From: Chiloscyllium plagiosum
Taxonomy: Eukaryota
Length of the DNA stretch: 64,000 nucleotides
Reading direction: 5' to 3'
Assembly: GCF_004010195.1 (NCBI RefSeq)
Contig: NC_057718.1
Span: forward strand, 8,021,552-8,085,551
The translations under genes and the position numbers were made by a program. Of this stretch, positions 63,686-64,000 are shown in pieces; position 1 is the stretch's first letter; the number at the start of each line of letters is the position of its first letter. The notes beneath the pieces were generated by a model. The model saw nothing but the letters and a program-made list of their open reading frames with translations. It searched no databases and was not told where the DNA came from.

Positions 63686-64000
63686 AGAGTCATAGAGATG
63701 TACAATACGGAAACAGACCCTTTGGTCCAACCCATCTATGCCAACCAGATATCCTAACCTAATCAAGTCCCATTTGCCAACACTTGGCCCATATCCCTCC
63801 AAATCCTTCCTGTTCATGTACCCATCCAGGTGCCTTTTAAATGTTGCAATTGTACCAGCCTCCACCAATTCCTCTGGCAATTCATTCCACACATGCACCA
63901 CCCCTCTGCATGAAAATGTTGCCCCATAGGTTCCTTTTATATCTTTCCCCTCTCACCTTAAACCTATGCCCTCTAGTTCTGGACTCCCCCTCCTCAGGGA
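63686..64000 (-). mobile_element. CR1 LINE 3' fragment
   Basis: VHVWNELPEELVEAGTIATFKRHLDGYM. Confidence 0.9.

Overview
This is vertebrate genomic DNA, almost certainly from a shark or other elasmobranch: it has HE1-type V-SINEs, Deu-domain SINEs, CR1 and Penelope-like repeats, and three 500-N scaffold gaps. The whole window lies inside one minus-strand gene, an adhesion GPCR of the ADGRG6/GPR126 type. I read 16 GT-AG exons by eye. They run from the post-pentraxin linker (59.5 kb) through SEA (with furin site), HormR, GAIN/GPS (HL|THFGVLL) and TM1-TM4 (1.9 kb). The CUB/pentraxin exons and the TM5-7 exons lie outside the window. Two expected internal exons are not visible, and each would fall in an intron that contains an N gap. 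The main surprise is a 3,159-nt Ser/Thr/Pro-rich reading frame at 38911-42069. It is bounded by phase-1 splice sites, has no frameshift and no recognisable transposon, and is broken by only four in-frame stops. It sits exactly where GPR126 carries its regulatory alternative linker exon, next to a series of small phase 1-1 S/T-rich exons. The introns are dense with CR1, Rex/Babar-like and L2/Crack-like LINE fragments, SINEs, solo LTRs, Penelope-like elements carrying minimal hammerhead ribozyme motifs, and a 3.5-kb 30-bp minisatellite. Homology calls come from recalled protein sequences, not from a database search.
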